A stretch of 58,476 bases of DNA, counting the filler, from Trichosphaerium sp. ATCC 40318 (taxonomy: Eukaryota > Protista > Tubulinea): NCBI GenBank assembly GCA_038496445.1. It is 2 parts of 2 records of this genome, joined end to end, with 100 filler letters (N's around TTAATTAATTAA, not from the genome) between each part and the next. Parts side by side here need not be neighbours in the genome. Positions count along the whole stretch, not along the records: positions 27,717 to 58,476 come from JALMLS010000357.1; 1 more part is not named here. One strand, given 5' to 3'. This document shows positions 38,776-51,957 of the stretch, in pieces. The position numbers were made by a program, and so were the translations under genes. Position 1 is the stretch's first letter, and every line of letters begins with the position of its first letter. The notes beneath the pieces were generated by a model, which was not told where the DNA came from, made no database searches, and saw only the letters and a program-made list of their open reading frames with translations.

Positions 38776-41434
38776 TCAGTCAGTAAGTGACAAAACCTAA
38801 AGTCAATACTATTGACTGTCCTAAAGTCTGTAAAGTCTACTTTTCTAATATCACGTGTTTTGAGAGCGTACGCTCCTTGTAAATACCTCAAGTGTTTTTG
38901 TTTTAGAGGGAAGTTGAGGACTATTTGAGTTGTCTTGATGAGATGTGGTGATTGTTTGTAAAGTTGTTTCAGTTCTTTTTTCGTTTTAACCAGAGTAGTT
39001 GCCCTGTTGAGTTCATATCCCAAGTACTGTGTTGCTACATTTGATAATATTTTACACGTACATACAACTGAATGCATAGATAACGTTGAAACAAATTGTA
39101 GAACGATAATTATGATTTCTACAGGAATCTCATCAAAGAATGCACTGTTTGAGTTCATTTTACTTTCTAATACTAATAATAGGAGAGGCGAGTAGCCACG
39201 TGTTATTTGTAGTTTTACAAGTGTTCACTTAACGTTTATACGATTTTTGGAAAAATCACGTTTTTTTGGTCTTGCCACAAGTGGCAACCTTGTGTAAGAT
39301 CTTTAGAGAGCTTTAATTAGTACAATAGCTTGTCAAGTTCTAAAAGAGGCCTTTGGAGTATAGTACTGTGTGAAATGAGATAAAATGGTGGGTACTATGT
39401 ACTTTGTAGATTACTTTCATAATAGTTTCAGGGCAGGTGGGATTGAGGAAGGGAGAATGGGAGTATGAAAGGCGAAAGGATTTGACATTACGCACGTCCA
39501 AGTAAATAAGCATCTAACCAAGCTAAAGATAGATTTAAAAAACGAACCGGGTCGTACATTTAAGAAGAGCCACTCGCAATGTCTTGTATCTCAAATCCGC
39601 TTCTTTGAGATCCCGCTGACTCTTGAGATGAGAGTATTCGGTGTATCTAGTTGAGAAGCTATTGTAAGTTCTACTATTGGCGGCCTTGTTGTTTTGGGAG
39701 GATCAGTCCAGTATTTGTAGGTGTTGCAAGACACGTTATTTTGATTTGAAACGTTGTCCTATTACAAGGTGCATTTTTTGTTTGTCTAATATGAATGTTT
39801 GACTAAGAGTTTGTTCTTCTAGGATATAAACCACGAGAGGGCAATGGGTATATTCTCAATGATGGATATTACAAATGTGCAGATTGAGGATAAGATGAGT
39901 TCTGATAACCAGTATGTATGGTCATTTACACAAAAACGGGAAGACGGTGACAGATTGATGTTCTTCTTCGTTTCGACTGAGCATGCAGCACGTGATTTTT
40001 TTTCTTACATTATTCTTTTTTTTTTTCCTCAATGACAAGACTTACGTTACATTAATCAATGACAAGTGAGTGTCACATTGAAGCTAACACTTGTTCTTTG
40101 TAGAGAAAGGAGTGGGTGGAACACATCATTTTGGCAACAGAACTATGTCGTCTTGTGTAGTAAATTATGCACTTTAAAAAAGCTACATGTGGTTTAAGCC
40201 CGTGATAATTTAATGTGCATTCAGCTCCAGAAACGAAGAGCAAGGTAAATAAAAAATGCAAGGTTGGGGTAGTACAGTCGAAATCACTTTTACATAATAA
40301 TACACTTTAAACGCTACATGCGAGTTTGAGAACACCGCCATAAAGCTTATGACCACTGTACACGGAAAGTCTTTCTTTTGCAAGTGAATTAACATGATGA
40401 AGTGTTACCATGGTTTAAAGTACATTTATTATGTACCTCTTTGTCACTAGTTTAGTGCCTATAGCTCTAATAGCTCTTTTTTTATTGTAGGCTTTGTATA
40501 ACGTATGACTCAAATCTAAGGTCCTGGTACTGTATTACCATTTAACACAACTCTTGCAAAGAAAACCTCCTTCAGATTTGTTATGACAGCCCCACAAGGG
40601 GAGCGAACAATAGGTATACTATACAAAATAGTACACTTTTGTGTAGTTCACTGTACTATGCAGCAATCACAGTTACTTTCAAGGTATTCAAGCCACATCG
40701 TGTCAATGTTTTTAACTCTTTATCCTCGTTACATTGATTACTCATACATTGCATCAACAAGAATCAAAGTTTTTCCCAAGTGGAAGCTATCAAGTAACAT
40801 TACGTTACCATCAGTAATACGTACAATTGATAGAGGTAGTAGTCATAACTGATGGTACAACAACGTAATCTGCATGCTACTAATCAACAATTCATCAAGC
40901 GCAACCTCACACATACTCTTTAGGCTATCATTGGATAGAAGCTCTGTATTTACCAAAGAGTCACAAGGAAAAGAAACGCATCAAGCTCAACTTGTTTGGT
41001 ATAATAGTCACCACTGCTTTGCTTCTAAATATAAGTTCACGGATGACGAAAGTTGCAAGGCAATTTTTTTCTTGTTTTGATAGAAGTCACGTGATTATAA
41101 CACGATCCTTAATCAACAATCTGACTATGAAGTGTAGCTAAATATTGTACAATAAAGTGGGTGTTTGAGCCATGTCGTTTACCATTTACGCACTTGATGG
41201 CAAATGTTGTGCTGTACATTTCTTACGCTATCATTAAGTATATTTGTAGACTATGAAGGTCCCTTGCACCAGCCACATCAATTGCTAGCCTGGACCTAAT
41301 TTACATATATGACAAAATTCGGTTACAAGCTCAAACCAAGAGAGGGTGACTTACGGCCAATTAAGCTGAACACAATTATTAAGCGTCAAACTTAACTCTT
41401 ACGCCACAGTGCTATTGCGTAAACAATAAAACAA

Positions 41435-42368
41435 ATGGAACAAAGGCTAAACACATCAATTATACACCAATACGACAATAATAGCATCAATAGTACGTTC
41501 GATCTTACAGCACTACCAGTTGAAGTTATCGTTCATATTATGAACTGCGGCAAGTTTACCCTCCGTTCAGCCCAAACGTGCCATTTCTTGCATGATATTA
41601 TCCATAAACACGTCGGCTATGGCAAAATATGCGTCAAAACTCAAAACGAAATATCTATGCTTTCCGGAAGCCCTCTGCTTAAAAATACAGCAATTCTTTT
41701 CAGGACAACCTTCAAAGACAATGTTACAGACAGTCAACTACACTTACTTCAAGGTGTGAGAACTATCGACTTGCGTCGCTGTAAACAAATAACGTATGAT
41801 GGTGTAAAGGCGTTAGCTGGTGTTCATACAATTGATCTTGGCTACAATCAACTAATAACAGATGAGGGTTCAAGCGTTATGTGGAGTACACACGATTGAT
41901 TTATCATTCACTAATATTACAAACAAGTGTCTGAAAGCTTTAAAAGGAGCTCATACTATCAACCTGGGGTATTGTGAAGGAATAACAGATGATGGTGTCA
42001 AAGAGTTGGCAGGTGTAAAAGATATTGATTTATCAGGTACTAAGATTACAGATGAGTGTTTGCAGGCATTATTTGGTGCAGATAGGGTTATATTGCGACG
42101 CACAAACATCACCGACAAAGGTATGAAGTTATTGAAAGGAGTAAGGATAATTGACATATCATTTTGTGAATATGTAACAGATGAAGGTGTTTCTAACCTT
42201 GATGGTGTTTCAATGCTATTTGTAATGTACTGTCCAAATATTAATGGTGAAGGTTTACTTGGACTTAAGAGTGAGACGTCTGTGTTCTGTAAAGTTGATA
42301 AATTAAACCCAACAGTGGTTGAGACACTTGAAAGTAAGGGTGTAGATGTCTTTGAAATTTATGGATAA
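41435..42368 (+). pseudogene. Intronless F-box/LRR gene with a frameshift near 41866; paralogue of 51958-52944
   Basis: DLTALPVEVIVHIM F-box. GATGAGGGTTCAAG versus GATGAAGGTGTTCAAG in the paralogue is a 2-nt deletion; one LRR unit fewer. Confidence 0.85.
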
Positions 42369-42863
42369 AGAGTAATAAACTAATGGTGTTAGAATGCTTA
42401 TTTTATCACAGAAATCTTGAGTATTCTGAGCGACAGTGCTTGCAAGATAGCAATGAATTACTCCTACAATGCAGTGCCCTTCCTTGACAACAGCTGTACT
42501 AAATAAATTTGATAAACATGCTGTATTTCGGAGGCCATAGTTTTTTCTGAATGTTTTCTTTAAACAAAAATTCGAAAGTGTAGAAAGATGCATAGCTAGG
42601 GCAGTCCACTTAACTAGAAAGCGCCTGGTTCACTTACAGTCGGGTCCTCGCTGTGCTCGGAACTAGAACCCAACCTTCGCTCACATAGTGATCCATTGGT
42701 GGGTATAGGCATTCGGTTTTTGTATCGAATTCTATTTTTTCAAATTTTTTCTTTCGAAAAATTCGGAAAAAACGTGGGTCCGGTATTTCGCGGGTTAAAA
42801 ACAATTAGTCAATGTCCGTCAGAAGCCTTTTTACATTTACAATCTTATTACAGATATCAAGTC

Positions 42864-44078
42864 ATGAATTTCCCTGGTTTATCAGTAGACAACACTCTAA
42901 ATTACTTTCTTGAGTACCACACAGAAGCTTACGGCAAAATAAAAGCAAACCAACACGAACAGTTCCTAAAACAAGTCAGGCGCATCATTAACGTTGTAAA
43001 TGGAAGCTTGGTAAACCAACTGGATGAGCTGCTTCAAAAACAGGTGAACGAAACAACCAACAAGCCTGTGTCTCATGAACTAGACCATAGAGAACTGTAC
43101 GTTCGAAAGAACCTGCCACAGGTGCTCTACTTTTCACATGTTCTATTAAGAAATCACGTGCTTGGCACTCTTTTTAATAAATTTCGTGAAAGTAGCCCAA
43201 ACCCAATAAATGGTTTCTTTTTACTTACTTGTTGCAGCACGCAACTTCACAAAGAATGGAATATTATACTTTTCCCTCCTGAAGTTATTGCGAATATCCT
43301 AGAGTACACTGATCATAAGGACAGGTTTTCTGTTGCTCAGTCATGTCATTTGATGGCTGATATCATTCATCAAGTTGTTGGGTATAAACATGTTTATCTC
43401 AGGCGATATCCAGATATCCTAAAGATAAGACAGTACAACGGCACAATGAATAATAGTATTGTTCAACTGGTGGACACCAAAGATGACTTTACAATGTTTT
43501 CTGCTGGCTGGATGTCGTAAAATCAAAAGGCCAGAAATAGCATTTAGTGTTACTGAAAATGATCTGAAAGAACCAGCAAGTACTTGTCAACTTAGATTCA
43601 TTGATCTTAAAGATTGTACCGACATCACAGATGAAGGCATTAAAGCACTTGCAGGAGTGCATTCAATTTATCTCCATAGGTGTAGCCATGTTACTGATGA
43701 GGGTGTTAAAGCACTTGCAGGAGTTCATACCATTGACCTTGAGGAGTGCAAGTATGTGACAGATGTGGGTGTGAAAGCATTGGCTGGTGTACATACAATT
43801 AATTTATCAAAGTGCACACATGTCACAGATGATGGCGTGAAAGCATTGGCGGTGTACATACAATTAATATTTCATTTTGTAATCAGATTACAAATGAAGG
43901 CGTAAAATCACTCAAACGTGTTCACACGATTCAAGTTGCTAACAATGTGACAAGTGAAGGTATATTAGCATTAGATTATGTTCACACTGTGCTCTTACTT
44001 AGTGACATTGGGTTTACTATCGAAGGTATTGAAAAGATACGAGCAGCATCAATTACACTTGATATCTTTGAATACTGA
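42864..44078 (+). pseudogene. F-box/LRR gene with an N-terminal extension and two frameshifts (about 43500 and 43850)
   Basis: ILFPPEVIANILEY..AQSCHLMADIIHQVVGY followed by GVHTIDLEECKYVTDVGVKALA repeats distributed over three frames. Confidence 0.75.
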
Positions 44079-44129
44079 ACACCAAAGAAGAGGCTTCTTG
44101 TTTGTAATTTAGAAGATTTTATTTAAACT

Positions 44130-46008
44130 TTATCCTTCTACAATGTTTTCTTCTTGTGTTTCCTTAGGTCCTAGTGCAGCGCGCATACTCTTCATTAAAG
44201 TATACTCTGACGTATCCATTGAAGTGTCAAACGCAAAAGCTCCAGCAACATCCATTTCAACAGCATATTTGGCTAGAAGAAAAAAAACATAAGATTTTAG
44301 TTTACACTTCTTTGGTTACCTTTTAGGTCCAATGTTTGTTCGTTATCAAACGTAAACCATATCCCCTCGGATGTGTAACCAATCATAGATTGTGATTTTG
44401 GGTCTTGGAACCTATTGAGGGCGTCAATAATCTTTTTTTTTGAAGACTTTCATCGTACAATTGAGGATTTTGTGCCATTATTTCTGTATACATGAGCGTT
44501 CCACATTGTTTAGAAGACTGACCAGGGGCACCACCATATGTGTCTTTAAACGGACCGAAGCACGCTGTTGAAAAAAAGAGATTAGTACACGGTAAATGAA
44601 CACAAAAGTTGTCGTCCAATGTACCATTTTGTTTTTGGGCTGGAATACCATATTTCTGCCATGCTGTACCGGAAAGACCTGGTACATACCACGAGTGACC
44701 GTAAAGAGCGGTTCCAATCATAATTTGGCTCTTAGGTACTCCAGAAGCGATGTAACCTAATGCAAATTAAGAAAGAAACATGGAAGCATCAGTTAAAAAT
44801 ACCTGTGATTGTTGTGTTTACTGAGTCGAATTGAGCTGGTCCAGACATTGTAGGGTTGTACAATGGGCTGTTAGCACCTGTTATGCTTGCAGAAGCTATA
44901 TCGGAGACACTAAAAAAAACAGTTAACATAAGGACGTTTTTGAGTGAGTAAAACAATAGACGGTAGGTAACATACCTGTAATCGTATGTCATCACGTGCC
45001 ACTTGTCAATATATTGGCTCATTTCTTTCAAGTCAAAGTCAGCGTACTTACTATGATCAGCTTGGCCAGCTACTGTAATAATCTTGTCGCTACCGAGACC
45101 CTGTGTGTACAAGTTAGCCAAAAAGAAGCAGCATTGAATTCTCTTACAGCGCGAAGCTCCTTTACGAATTGTAAAAGATTATCAGAGTCTTGTGGACAAC
45201 GACCACCAGCGTCGTGTATGCTTTTGAAGTAAGTATCTGTTATCTTGACGTAGTTTGTACGCGCAGGAGAGCAAGGGAACTCCCAATCCTAAGTGAACAT
45301 TAAAAAAAAAGGTTAAAACATTCAAAGTCACGTGCGATATCAATGCCATCAAAGCCATGGGTCTGTAAGAACGACTTCGCGGATGATATGAACGCTTGAC
45401 GGTTAGCGCTTGTGCTATAAAAACAGTTAGAAAGAGCAAAAACGAAGTTCCATTTAACGAAAAACTAATCTGTACCTAACCATGTCGCTGAAATAGCGAG
45501 AAGGAAAGTTCCAGCCTCCAATACTGATTATAACCTTGAACCCAGGGTTTTGCTGCTTGAACGCCATAATCTACAAAACTATTAGTAACTGCTATATTAA
45601 GTAGTTCTACGCGCAGTCTGATAGAATTGAGGGTCGTCTTGCTCTACAATTTCGATTTGAAAAGTCGAGTTATCAAATTTTGCGAACGCTAAACCGTTTT
45701 TTAGTTTAATGGCGTTTCGAAACACGTGATATGGATAACGTACCGTAGCATAGGTAGTCTAGCGAAGGAATAATACCTGCTAGTTTGTCTGGTCTATAAG
45801 GGCCATAAGGAGGGCTATGATATTGGGCCCAGTTCGCAAAGTAAGCTGCGAACTGCTTACCATCTATGAAAAGTGTTTGAGAAAAGTTATCAAAGCAAAA
45901 ACTGCGTGGACTTATTTAAGCACGTGTTTTTATTTTCAAGGGATACGTACCAGCTTGGTATGAACATAGTACCACTGTTAAGAGTAATATGGCTAGTGTA
46001 GCTTTCAT
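44130..46008 (-). CDS. Secreted GH18 chitinase, multi-exon
   Basis: Signal peptide MKATLAILLLTVVLCSYQA; AAYFANWAQY; KVIISIGGWNF; FDGIDI/DWEFP; HVMTYDY; IGTALYGHSW; WFTFDN. Confidence 0.92.
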
Positions 46009-49000
46009 TGTGTTGTTGTAAGCGGAATGTGATGTGTACTTTGTTGCTTAAAAAAGAGTGTGACTTATACAACCAAAAAAGGTAGCACTGCTATAATCAC
46101 AGGTCTTGTATCGTTGGTATGATATTGACTACCGAAACTATTTGTGATCCACACAAATTTTTGGTGCACAGTTATTGCATGGTGCAAAAATAATGGTGTA
46201 GAAAAGTGTGTTTTGCCGATGCTGCGAAGTTGGATATGACAAGGGACTTTTCATGGACGAAATTTGAGGCTTGTATCTCTATAGAGAGGAGCGTTGTTTC
46301 AAGTATCTAAGGTGCTAAAGCTTCAGATTAAAAGAAATGACATCACCTTACTTTTTTGCTTCGTGTAGTTTCATTGGTTACCCAACTTTGTTGTTTTGAC
46401 GGTGGTTTGTATTTTATTGCTGACACTACTTTTGGTATCTTGCATCACACATGCCATGTGAACACCATAGCCCATAACTTACGTAAAATTACGACTTCAA
46501 TACGATCATGAAAAGCTGAAACTAATACTTCCAGGTCAATGAGTGAAACCATTCTATGCAGTTGTAAAAAAAACAAAAAATACTAAGACACGTGTCTTAC
46601 AATCATACAAATAAAAAATTGTTTTTAAATGCTGACACAACATAGGTTAAAAAGACCCTTGTCGGGTTAACAGCAATATCATAAGCGTAGCTAGCAAATT
46701 ACCTACCTTCTGTTTAATGCTAGGGGTGTACTTTATAGTTCGTTGGTACTTTAGCTGTGCTTCCGAAAGGAATGTCTTGTCAGTAGGTTGAAGTAGGGAT
46801 AGCCTTGATATTATTTCTTGGACATCTTAACACTGTCCAGGGTTAATGAACGATTCAGTGTTGGAATACTGACCACAATATTACCCCAGGGAATATGTAG
46901 CTCAGTAGGCTGGCTTCTACTACTCTGAGAGTAGGCCCGCTACCGTCCTTGCTTATAAGAATATTCGAACGTTTATGTAATTTGTTGATAATAAATAAAA
47001 AGAATTTCTGGATTTCGATAAATACAATTTCCTTTACTCCATCATGTTGCAATATGGCGCCTATGAAATTTTGTATGTTCGTTTTACATTAGGTAAATTT
47101 GAGGATAGTTTGATGTACGTTGGGGCAAAGGTTTTCTGAGGTGCTACTGTTCCTGGATATGTCTTTGCGCAGTCTGACTTGTATAGATACATGTATTCCA
47201 AGCACTATGACAGAGTTCTATTAAAGAAGTATTCACAGATTAAAGCTTCAAAGTAAATCCTTGTCTGGATCATATTGGTACTTAATGAGTGTGTAGTTTA
47301 TCGTTTGTTGAAGGAAGAGATTAGTATTATCGATGCACTCTTTTATGCATTGAACTTCTTGGAGCTGAAATGACACTATTACAAGCTAGCGCTATTCGTA
47401 GTATGTGAGCACTAGTATCACTGATAGAGTATGCAATGGTCTTGATATGTCATCTTTGAGTACTTTGTGTAACACAAACCCTCTGTTTCTCATTCGTGGT
47501 GGATTGGAGTCCGATGAAAGTTCGATTAAGGATTACTTGGTGATTGTAAGCGCAGAAAAAATTCCCGTAGTGCTTTTGTCTAACATAAATCACGTGGTCT
47601 TCGCAGCAATATTTATATAAATATCAGCGAAACGAGTTCACGTCATACTTACAATATTTAACAAGCAGCTGTAGTTACGTGTTTTATATTAACACTTGAG
47701 CAGCAATTACAAGACTGCTACTCATTGATCCTACATTAGACTTCATGTTTCATCGGGGTGCAAGAAACATAGGTAATCTACTCATTCACAAGACATCCCC
47801 ATCTCCTCCGCACATGTGCATTATCACCACGTTCAAATACAACAACAATATCTCAGCTTAACGTGGATCAATTAATTCAAGTCCTCAAACAACACGAGCG
47901 TGACAAACAGCTGTAATTTTGCGTTATCCCACAATTTAATTCTTGGATACTACACTCGATGTAAAACAGAGCTAATGGAAAGTAATAAGTGAAGTTTCTG
48001 AAAGAAAATAACAAGATGATTTTGACGTTGATGCGGTCTCTCGAAGAATCGTACCTGACACAAAGTCTTTTGAGAAAGTAATTTATTTTTTTTATTGTAC
48101 ATTCAAGTTTTTGTTTACACCTGAGTTAGAGTGTTCAATAAGTTTTTTACGCGCATTAGAATTGCATTTTACGATATTCTTGATACATAGTAATTCTATT
48201 ATCTCAAAATCTAGAAATACATTCGCCTTTTAAAGGTTTAAAACGCATTTATAATCTGAAGAAAAGCAGCCAATTTTTTGATCACCTGAACAGCGAGGCA
48301 ACTTTGAATATACCTTCCGCTTACGTCACTTTGTAGTTGCTATGATTGTTGAGCAAAGTGTTGTAAGAAAATTTTGTGATTAGTCACATCCGTTTACTGC
48401 AGTGGGCGTGTATACAAAGTGAGTGGATGAAAAAAATAGCATTCGCTATTGGCAAATAAGCCTTTAAAGCTAGGTTATGTGGCAATCTCTTGTGATACGT
48501 ACCAAAGAGTTAGTAGTTTCTCTTGCGTAAGAAAATAAACAAACACCCTCTCTTGGTGTACATCAGCGATGAAGAGACATTAGTCCTCATCAAGCTGCAC
48601 ACGCTAGTTGCTAAATCAACAAGTGTTGCACAGCCAGCTAATATCTTGTGACATATTACTGCGGTATTTTCCTATTTCTTACAACCCTCTGTGTACCCGC
48701 GGTAGTCGGTATTGTCAATGAAGGAGAATGTGAGGACAGGAACATGAAAACAGTTTTTGTTGGGAGGAACATTTAAAGTGTCTATCAGGTATGAGAGTGA
48801 CTGTGTTGTTTAGCAAGCACTCTCTTCTGAATCACATGTTTTTATCACTGCTTCATTGTTGTTGTGCGGTATAGCTACTATACAACTACACTTGTTTCTT
48901 TCAAGAGTATGGAAAAAGTATTTTCTTTTAAAACTTCATACTGCAACTTGTGATACTGCAAACAAAAGATCGTTCTTACAGTGAGAGCGACGTCAGGCAG

Positions 49001-49787
49001 TCTTAAAGTATAACTGCAAATACTGCAATGTAACTTGAACATAGCGCAGTTCTTAACGCCAAGGGGATCCTGATACACGGGAGCAGAAAAATCATTATAA
49101 AAAACTTGAGATTTGCGGCAAGAAAGCTGTCGCTGTGGAATTGATAGCGCTGGCAGGTATGAGAGCCTTGTTGTAAATACTGCGATCCTACAAGTGGGAT
49201 ATTTAGTGCACTTGGACTTGGACTGAGGATGGGTACTACAAGAAAAAGTGTGGCGTAGTCACTTTTTGCAATCTTGTTTTTTTTTGGTTTTGAGAAAAAA
49301 GCACTCCCTTTGAGATTGCTATTGTTCTCAAATTTTTGTTACCAACAATTACACAGAGTTCATAGAAGTTATTCGGGTCGGCAGAAGTGCGAAATTATTT
49401 GTAAAATCAATAGTTCACTGAACACATTGAATAGACACTAAAACACGCCAAAAACAACCTCAAAACTCTTCCACGTGTTCATATTTTAATAGTTAACAAT
49501 ATTGAGATATTTTTAATACAGCGTATCACAATACCAATGGACTATTGGGTTTTGTATTTTTTTTCGTTTAAAAACCCGATACAGGTGTTTATTACATAGT
49601 ATTTATTCTCGTTTCTTTTTTTCACTAGCGCGAACATTTAAATAGTTGTTGGGTTTTCTTTTGAGCGAGAATTGTTTGGTTTTTTTTTCTTTCGTGCACA
49701 CGTGCTTTTAAGTCAACAGTGTTGATCATTCACCAATAACCCTCAAACAACAAACAACAGCTCTAGTTTACGCAAGCCCCTCCACTC

Positions 49788-50534
49788 ATGAACTATTCAT
49801 CGATTCTACTCTGTCTCTGCTTTTCATTAGCACTGGCCTTCAACTACAAAGCCATTACTATCAACGCTCACAACACTTGTTCTGGCTGTCGTAAAGACAT
49901 GCATGCCGGTGAATTTGTGTACTGCGATGGTTCTGTTCCCGGATCAACGGTAACACACTGCAGTTGGGTTGGCGGTTCTGGAGAATGTTCCTTCCCTCGA
50001 GATACCTCAGTTACAAAAGCTCAATGTGAACAACTATGTAATGCAGACGACCGCTGTAATTACTACACATCCTACTACGGAAGTGTATGCAACCTATTCT
50101 ACATGACCAGCTGTTCAAACGATTACAGTCAAGCACCCGGAGATACATACGAGAAGGTTACTAGCGAGAACACAATGATAATGACAAAGACAAAGAGCGG
50201 CCAATACCATGGAACAAATGCTCCAATTAAGTACCGATATGCTTACACCGATGGAACCTACTCTCCTTACAGCGCTGCTCTTGAAGATCCCCGAGTCAAC
50301 GAGTTCCAATCAGGCGCTGTTGATGTATTCTACATGGTCGCACCTGCAAAGAACAAAGACAAGACACTTCAAGGTGTTGAGATGAAAATATTCGCTAACG
50401 ATGGCTGGGAGTTCTCAGAAGTTCAAATCTTTAACTCTTTTCATTTCTGTTGGAAAGGCGATGCTGCTATCCACCCTCTTACTACTGCAAGTGTTGTACT
50501 GCCTCTCAACGGCGATTGCAATGCCTGTACCTAA
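49788..50534 (+). CDS. Secreted Cys-rich protein with PAN/apple-like and PLAT/LH2-like domains, intronless, 248 aa
   Basis: Signal peptide; CEQLCNADDRCNYYTSY.GSVCNL (PAN-like); TKSGQYHGTNAPI...FQSGAVDVF...LQGVEMK..NDGWEFSEV (PLAT-like); AATAAA after the stop. Confidence 0.75.
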   Translation: MNYSSILLCLCFSLALAFNYKAITINAHNTCSGCRKDMHAGEFVYCDGSVPGSTVTHCSWVGGSGECSFPRDTSVTKAQCEQLCNADDRCNYYTSYYGSVCNLFYMTSCSNDYSQAPGDTYEKVTSENTMIMTKTKSGQYHGTNAPIKYRYAYTDGTYSPYSAALEDPRVNEFQSGAVDVFYMVAPAKNKDKTLQGVEMKIFANDGWEFSEVQIFNSFHFCWKGDAAIHPLTTASVVLPLNGDCNACT

Positions 50535-51957
50535 GCGCATATATCGCTAAAAGTGCTTTAATAAAGCCCCCTTCACGTTCCATGTTTTTTTTTTCAAATT
50601 AGAATTTTGTGTCAAGCAAAAAATAACTGAAGTCACGTGATTATTTTGAGAATTGACAACAAAGTTAGGTAGATGCATATTTGTCTTTTTAAAAGATGTG
50701 GCAAGTCTGTGTTAGTCTTAATGCGGCTTTTACAATGCATCAAGTTGTAGAGAAGCTGTTAAAAAAAGTTTGTTAGGTGTCTGATATCAACATATCTTTT
50801 CGATGGATTAAATACTCAATCGCCTATCAAACAGTAGATGTTTTGAATATGTTTCAACCATTATTCTTTGAATCGCATATAAATGTTGGATTTGAATTAC
50901 AAATTATTCGTTTCTTAATTAAATGTACTAATAGTCAACATCAAACATCACTTCAGACGTTTTACATTTTGTTCGCTATTTACTGTTCAGTCATCTAAAA
51001 CAACGATCTGGCTCTATCCTCTCTTTCATCCTTATTGTATAGTACACCATGCCTTTACGTTCTTGGTTTATCAGAAAGTTAGTTCCTTGAGGAAACATGC
51101 CAACTCGTATTCATTGACTAGCGTTTATTTTTGGTGTTAAAATTCGTATTTCCGAAACAATAACTGCTAGAATCTTGTACCATAATTCCACTGCTTCAAC
51201 GTCAATGTATCCCGTTAGATAGTGTATCGACGTACACTTACTCTACTCGCAATATTGGCGCTATTCCTTCACTCTGCTCACTTCCAAGTTACAATTGTAC
51301 ATAACTTTTCCTTTAATAATCTTGATGACGAAGCAGGTGACGGGTATGTTAACAACAATCTTCAAACTGATAATGATGCTTTCCTAATCACGTGATAACT
51401 TTTTAACCGTTGGCATACCCCAAAACTACTCTCAAGGATGTCTCCTATTACCTAGTGATGTCAACCCAAATTTAATATTAACCAATCCTGATGCTTCATT
51501 AATTAATGCTCCATACATTGTTTTAATGCAAATAGATGTTGTTTTTCGCTTTGGAGAATACTAGGATGGAATAAAACTATTGCTGAGGGCTTTTACTTCT
51601 TTGGAGAAATCCTGTTGTCCAGAAATACAAACTAGCTCATTTACAATTCTTTTCTCGTATGTCTCATTTATTAGTTTAAACACCGCTAATTGAGTCTTAT
51701 AGTTATGATCCTGTCACTAGACTTTGTACCTTTACAATAGCAAGGGGAAGATGAATACCTATTATCTTTTATAGAACGCAATGGGCTTCCAATTCAGTGC
51801 ACTTTTGTTAAAGTTGTTTACTATAGTATACAATAATAAAATATTATTCAAAGTGAGAAAATGATTGTAAGTACTTTCTCTTTTCTTTTATTTTTAGTTG
51901 TCTTACATTGTTCATATTCACAGACAAAGGATAAGAATGATATAGGCCTCAATTAAT

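Larger units (their letters stand above)
30479..39158 (-). pseudogene. Intronless F-box + 22-aa LRR gene (703 aa when reconstructed) interrupted by two transposon insertions
   Basis: Segments 39158-38776, 38033-37477 and 31650-30479 total 2112 nt and join in frame (FCHLLTD|DHLNQ; LLAGV|HTIDISC). F-box FDEIPVEIIIIVLQFV; repeats of type GVHTIDLSECxxITDxGVKALA. Confidence 0.92.

Noticed and set aside
42635-42800. TACAGTCGGGTCCTCG and ATTCG-rich stretch as a transposon terminus
   Set aside because: No partner inverted end or TSD found in the window.
46600-47620. Coding-like composition on the minus strand
   Set aside because: Multiple stops and no recognisable motif; at most a decayed gene.
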